This document shows positions 59,201 through 64,000 of a DNA stretch of 64,000 nt, piece by piece. The translations under genes and the position numbers were made by a program. Source of the DNA: Eledone cirrhosa (lineage: Eukaryota); contig OZ024744.1 of assembly GCA_964016885.1 (NCBI GenBank), forward strand, positions 103,230,001 to 103,294,000, read 5' to 3'. The stretch's first letter is position 1; the number at the start of each line of letters is the position of its first letter. Below the pieces are notes generated by a model that saw nothing but the letters and a program-made list of their open reading frames with translations, was not told the DNA's origin and did no database searches.

Positions 59201-62200
59201 TAGAAGAATGTAGTAGGTGTGTATATCACCAACACTAGGTAGGTTATCATGTTTATGACACAGAAGAATATAGTAGGTGTGTATATCACTAACACTAGGT
59301 AGGGTATCATGTTTATGACACAGAAGAATGTAGTAGGTGTGTATATCACCAACACTAGGTAGGTTATCATGTTTATGACACAGAAGAATGTAGTAGGTGT
59401 CTATATCACCAACACTAGGTAGGTTATCATGTTTATGACATAGAAGAATGTAGTAGGTGTGTATATCACCAACACTAGGTAGGTTATCATGTTTATGACA
59501 TAGAAGAATGTAGTAGGTGTGTATATCACCAACACTAGGTAGATTATCATGTTTATGACATAGAAGAATGTAGTAGGTGTGTATATCACCAAGACTAGGT
59601 AGGTTATCATGTTTATTATACGGAAGAATGTAGTAGGTGTGTATATCACCAACACTAGGTAGGTTATCATGTTTATGACATAGAAGAATGTAGTAGGTGT
59701 GTATATCACCAACACTAGGTAGGTTATCATGTTTATGACATAGAAGAATGTAGTAGGTGTGTATATCACCAACACTAGGTAGGTTATCATGTTTATGACA
59801 CAGAAGAATATAGTAGGTGTGTATATCACTAACACTAGGTAGGGTATCATGTTTATGACACAGAAGAATGTAGTAGGTGTGTATATCACCAACACTAGGT
59901 AGGTTATCATGTTTATGACACAGAAGAATGTAGTAGGTGTGTATATCACCAACACTAGGTATGTTATCATGTTTATGACATAGAAGAATGTAGTAGGTGT
60001 GTAAATCACCAACACTAGGTAGGTTATCATGTTTATGACACAGAAGAATGTAGTAGGTGTGTATATCACCAACACTAGGTAGGTTATCATGTTTATGACA
60101 TAGAAGAATGTAGTAGGTGTGTATATCACCAACACTAGGTAGGTTATCATGTTTATGACACAGAAGAATGTAGTAGGTGTGTATATCACCAACACTAGGT
60201 AGGTTATCATGTTTGTAACATAGAAGAATGTAGTAGGTGTGTATATCACCAACACTAGGTAGGTTATCATGCTTATGACACAGAAGAATGTAGTAGGTGT
60301 GTATATCACCAACACTAGGTAGGTTATCATGTTTATGACACAGAAGAATGTAGTAGGTGTGTATATCACCAACACTAGGTAGGTTATCATGTTTATGACA
60401 TAGAAGAATGTAGTAGGTGTGTATACCACCAACACTAGGTAGGTTATCATGTTTATGACATAGAAGAATGTAGTAGGTGTGTATATCACCAACACTAGGT
60501 AGGTTATCATGTTTATGACACAGAGGAACGTAGTAGGTGTGTATATCACCAACACTAGGTAGGTTATCATGTTTATGACACAGAAGAATGTAGTAGGTGT
60601 GTATATCACCAACACTAGGTAGGTTATCATGTTTATGACATAGAAGAATGTAGTAGGTGTGTATATCACCAACACTAGGTAGGTTAACATGTTTATGACA
60701 TAGAAGAATGTAGTAGGTGTGTATATCACCAACACTAGGTAGGTTATCATGTTTATAACACAGAAGAATGTAGTAGGTGTGTATATCACCAACACTAGGT
60801 AGGTTATCATGTTTATGACATAGAAGAATGTAGTAGGTGTGTATATCACCAACACTAGGTAGGTTATCATGTTTATGACACAGACGAATGTAGTAGGTGT
60901 GTATATCACCAACACTAGGTAGGTTATCATGTTTATGACATAGAAGAATGTAGTAGTTGTGTATATCACCAACACTAGGTAGGTTATCATGTTTATGACA
61001 TAGAAGAATGTAGTAGGTGTGTATATCACCAACACTAGGTAGGTTATCATGTTTATGACATAGAAGAATGTAGTAGATGTGTATATCACCAACACTAGGT
61101 AGGTTATCATGTTTATGACATAGAAGAATGTAGTAGGTGTGTATATCATCAACACAAGGTAGGTTATCATGTTCATGACATAGAAGAATGTAGTAGGTGT
61201 GTATATCACCAACACTAGGTAGGTTATCATGTTTATGACACAGAAGAATGTAGTAGGTGTGTAAATCACCAACACTAGGTAGGTTATCATGTTTATGACA
61301 TAGAAGAATGTAGTAGGTGTGTATATCACCAACACTAGGTAGATTATCATGTTTATGACATAGAAGAATGTAGTAGGTGTGTATATCACCAACACTAGGT
61401 AGGTTATCATGTTTATGACATAGAAGAATGTAGTAGGTGTGTATATCACCAACACTAGGTAGGTTATCATGTTTATGACACAGAAGAATATAGTAGGTGT
61501 GTATATCACTAACACTAGGTAGGGTATCATGTTTATGACACAGAAGAATGTAGTAGGTGTGTATATCACCAACACTAGGTAGGTTATCATGTTTATGACA
61601 CAGAAGAATGTAGTAGGTGTCTATATCACCAACACTAGGTAGGTTATCATGTTTATGACATAGAAGAATGTAGTAGGTGTGTATATCACCAACACTAGGT
61701 AGGTTATCATGTTTATGACATAGAAGAATGTAGTAGGTGTGTATATCACCAACACTAGGTAGATTATCATGTTTATGACATAGAAGAATGTAGTAGGTGT
61801 GTATATCACCAACACTAGGTAGGTTATCATGTTTATTATACGGAAGAATGTAGTAGGTGTGTATATCACCAACACTAGGTAGGTTATCATGTTTATGACA
61901 TAGAAGAATGTAGTAGGTGTGTATATCACCAACACTACGTAGGTTATCATGTTTATGACATAGAAGAATATAGTAGGTGTGTATATCACCAACACTAGGT
62001 AGGTTATCATGTTTATGACACAGAAGAATGTAGTAGGTGTGTATATCACCAACACTAGGTAGGTTATCATGTTTATGACACAGAAGAATATAGTAGGTGT
62101 GTATATCACTAACACTAGGTAGGGTATCATGTTTATGACACAGAAGAATGTAGTAGGTGTGTATATCACCAACACTAGGTAGGTTATCATGTTTATGACA

Positions 62201-64000
62201 CAGAAGAATGTAGTAGGTGTGTATATCACCAACACTAGGTATGTTATCATGTTTATGACATAGAAGAATGTAGTAGGTGTGTAAATCACCAACACTAGGT
62301 AGGTTATCATGTTTATGACACAGAAGAATGTAGTAGGTGTGTATATCACCAACACTAGGTAGGTTATCATGTTTATGACATAGAAGAATGTAGTAGGTGT
62401 GTATATCACCAACACTAGGTAGGTTATCATGTTTATGACACAGAAGAATGTAGTAGGTGTGTATATCACCAACACTAGGTAGGTTATCATGTTTGTAACA
62501 TAGAAGAATGTAGTAGGTGTGTATATCACCAACACTAGGTAGGTTATCATGCTTATGACACAGAAGAATGTAGTAGGTGTGTATATCACCAACACTAGGT
62601 AGGTTATCATGTTTATGACACAGAAGAATGTAGTAGGTGTGTATATCACCAACACTAGGTAGGTTATCATGTTTATGACATAGAAGAATGTAGTAGGTGT
62701 GTATACCACCAACACTAGGTAGGTTATCATGTTTATGACATAGAAGAATGTAGTAGGTGTGTATATCACCAACACTAGGTAGGTTATCATGTTTATGACA
62801 CAGAGGAACGTAGTAGGTGTGTATATCACCAACACTAGGTAGGTTATCATGTTTATGACACAGAAGAATGTAGTAGGTGTGTATATCACCAACACTAGGT
62901 AGGTTATCATGTTTATGACATAGAAGAATGTAGTAGGTGTGTATATCACCAACACTAGGTAGGTTAACATGTTTATGACATAGAAGAATGTAGTAGGTGT
63001 GTATATCACCAACACTAGGTAGGTTATCATGTTTATAACACAGAAGAATGTAGTAGGTGTGTATATCACCAACACTAGGTAGGTTATCATGTTTATGACA
63101 TAGAAGAATGTAGTAGGTGTGTATATCACCAACACTAGGTAGGTTATCATGTTTATGACACAGACGAATGTAGTAGGTGTGTATATCACCAACACTAGGT
63201 AGGTTATCATGTTTATGACATAGAAGAATGTAGTAGTTGTGTATATCACCAACACTAGGTAGGTTATCATGTTTATGACATAGAAGAATGTAGTAGGTGT
63301 GTATATCACCAACACTAGGTAGGTTATCATGTTTATGACATAGAAGAATGTAGTAGATGTGTATATCACCAACACTAGGTAGGTTATCATGTTTATGACA
63401 TAGAAGAATGTAGTAGGTGTGTATATCATCAACACAAGGTAGGTTATCATGTTCATGACATAGAAGAATGTAGTAGGTGTGTATATCACCAACACTAGGT
63501 AGGTTATCATGTTTATGACACAGAAGAATGTAGTAGGTGTGTAAATCACCAACACTAGGTAGGTTATCATGTTTATGACATAGAAGAATGTAGTAGGTGT
63601 GTATATCACCAACACTAGGTAGATTATCATGTTTATGACATAGAAGAATGTAGTAGGTGTGTATATCACCAACACTAGGTAGGTTATCATGTTTATGACA
63701 TAGAAGAATGTAGTAGGTGTGTATATCACCAACACTAGGTAGGTTATCATGTTTATGACACAGAAGAATATAGTAGGTGTGTATATCACTAACACTAGGT
63801 AGGGTATCATGTTTATGACACAGAAGAATGTAGTAGGTGTGTATATCACCAACACTAGGTAGGTTATCATGTTTATGACACAGAAGAATGTAGTAGGTGT
63901 CTATATCACCAACACTAGGTAGGTTATCATGTTTATGACATAGAAGAATGTAGTAGGTGTGTATATCACCAACACTAGGTAGGTTATCATGTTTATGACA
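56281..64000. repeat. Higher-order repeat domain with variable period of 37-40 monomers
   Basis: Marker tgtctat at 57001, 59401, 61621 and 63901, and marker atcatc-aacacaagg-ttcatg in lines 56521, 58921, 61141 and 63421, give spacings of 2,400, 2,220 and 2,280 bp. Confidence 0.85.

Larger units (their letters stand above)
307..63870 (-). other. Repeat-derived near-continuous open reading frame (20-aa unit MITYLVLVIYTPTTFF[Y/C]VIN); probably not a gene
   Basis: One minus-strand frame is stop-free in the consensus and is broken by sporadic stops at 9184, 28504, 31438, 31459, 57001, 59401, 61621 and 63901. The confidence value is for it being a real CDS. Confidence 0.05.
343..64000. repeat. Satellite DNA: 60-bp tandem array, ~1,060 monomers, truncated by window end
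   Basis: Every 60-nt line repeats the same unit, mostly with 0-2 substitutions. All copies are in one orientation, with no spacers or insertions. The register shifts once, by 3 nt, near 29155. The consensus has 21/60 G+C, no CpG, one CTAG and one CATG per unit. Confidence 0.98.

Noticed and set aside
307-63870. Giant minus-strand ORFs (729-8503 aa) as real membrane-protein genes
   Set aside because: They are pure 20-aa repeats with no unique domain or charged residues. Variants are largely nonsynonymous, and stop-bearing monomers were themselves duplicated. An open frame is expected by chance for some 60-bp units.
343-64000. CRISPR array
   Set aside because: There are no unique spacers (the whole 60 bp repeats), and no cas genes or leader.
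343-64000. Telomeric repeat or G-quadruplex array
   Set aside because: TAGG occurs three times per unit, but the consensus has no TTAGGG/TTAGG runs and only GG dinucleotides.
343-64000. Synthetic concatemer or sequencing artefact
   Set aside because: Linked, hierarchically duplicated variants and a natural-looking flank indicate evolved genomic DNA, although exact copy number could still be misassembled.

Overview
About 99.5% of the window (343-64000, open at the right edge) is one head-to-tail tandem array of a 60-bp, ~35% GC monomer, roughly 1,060 copies. Consensus: TGTGTATATCACCAACACTAGGTAGGTTATCATGTTTATGACA[T/C]AGAAGAATGTAGTAGG. It reads as a young, highly homogeneous satellite DNA, probably eukaryotic (inference). 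The left 342 bp are non-array flank: an imperfect (CAT/CAC)n microsatellite, small hairpins and a detached, diverged partial copy of the monomer. The giant minus-strand ORFs (MITYLVLVIYTPTTFF[Y/C]VIN)n are most simply explained by a 60-bp unit with one stop-free frame and are not called as genes. No protein-coding gene, RNA gene, CRISPR array or transposase can be supported. The interesting signals are in the array structure: nested higher-order duplications, regionally restricted variants shared between distant outer layers, a single 3-bp indel, a sharp boundary, and a speculative splice-site-like layout of the monomer. I cannot support a new biological system from sequence alone.
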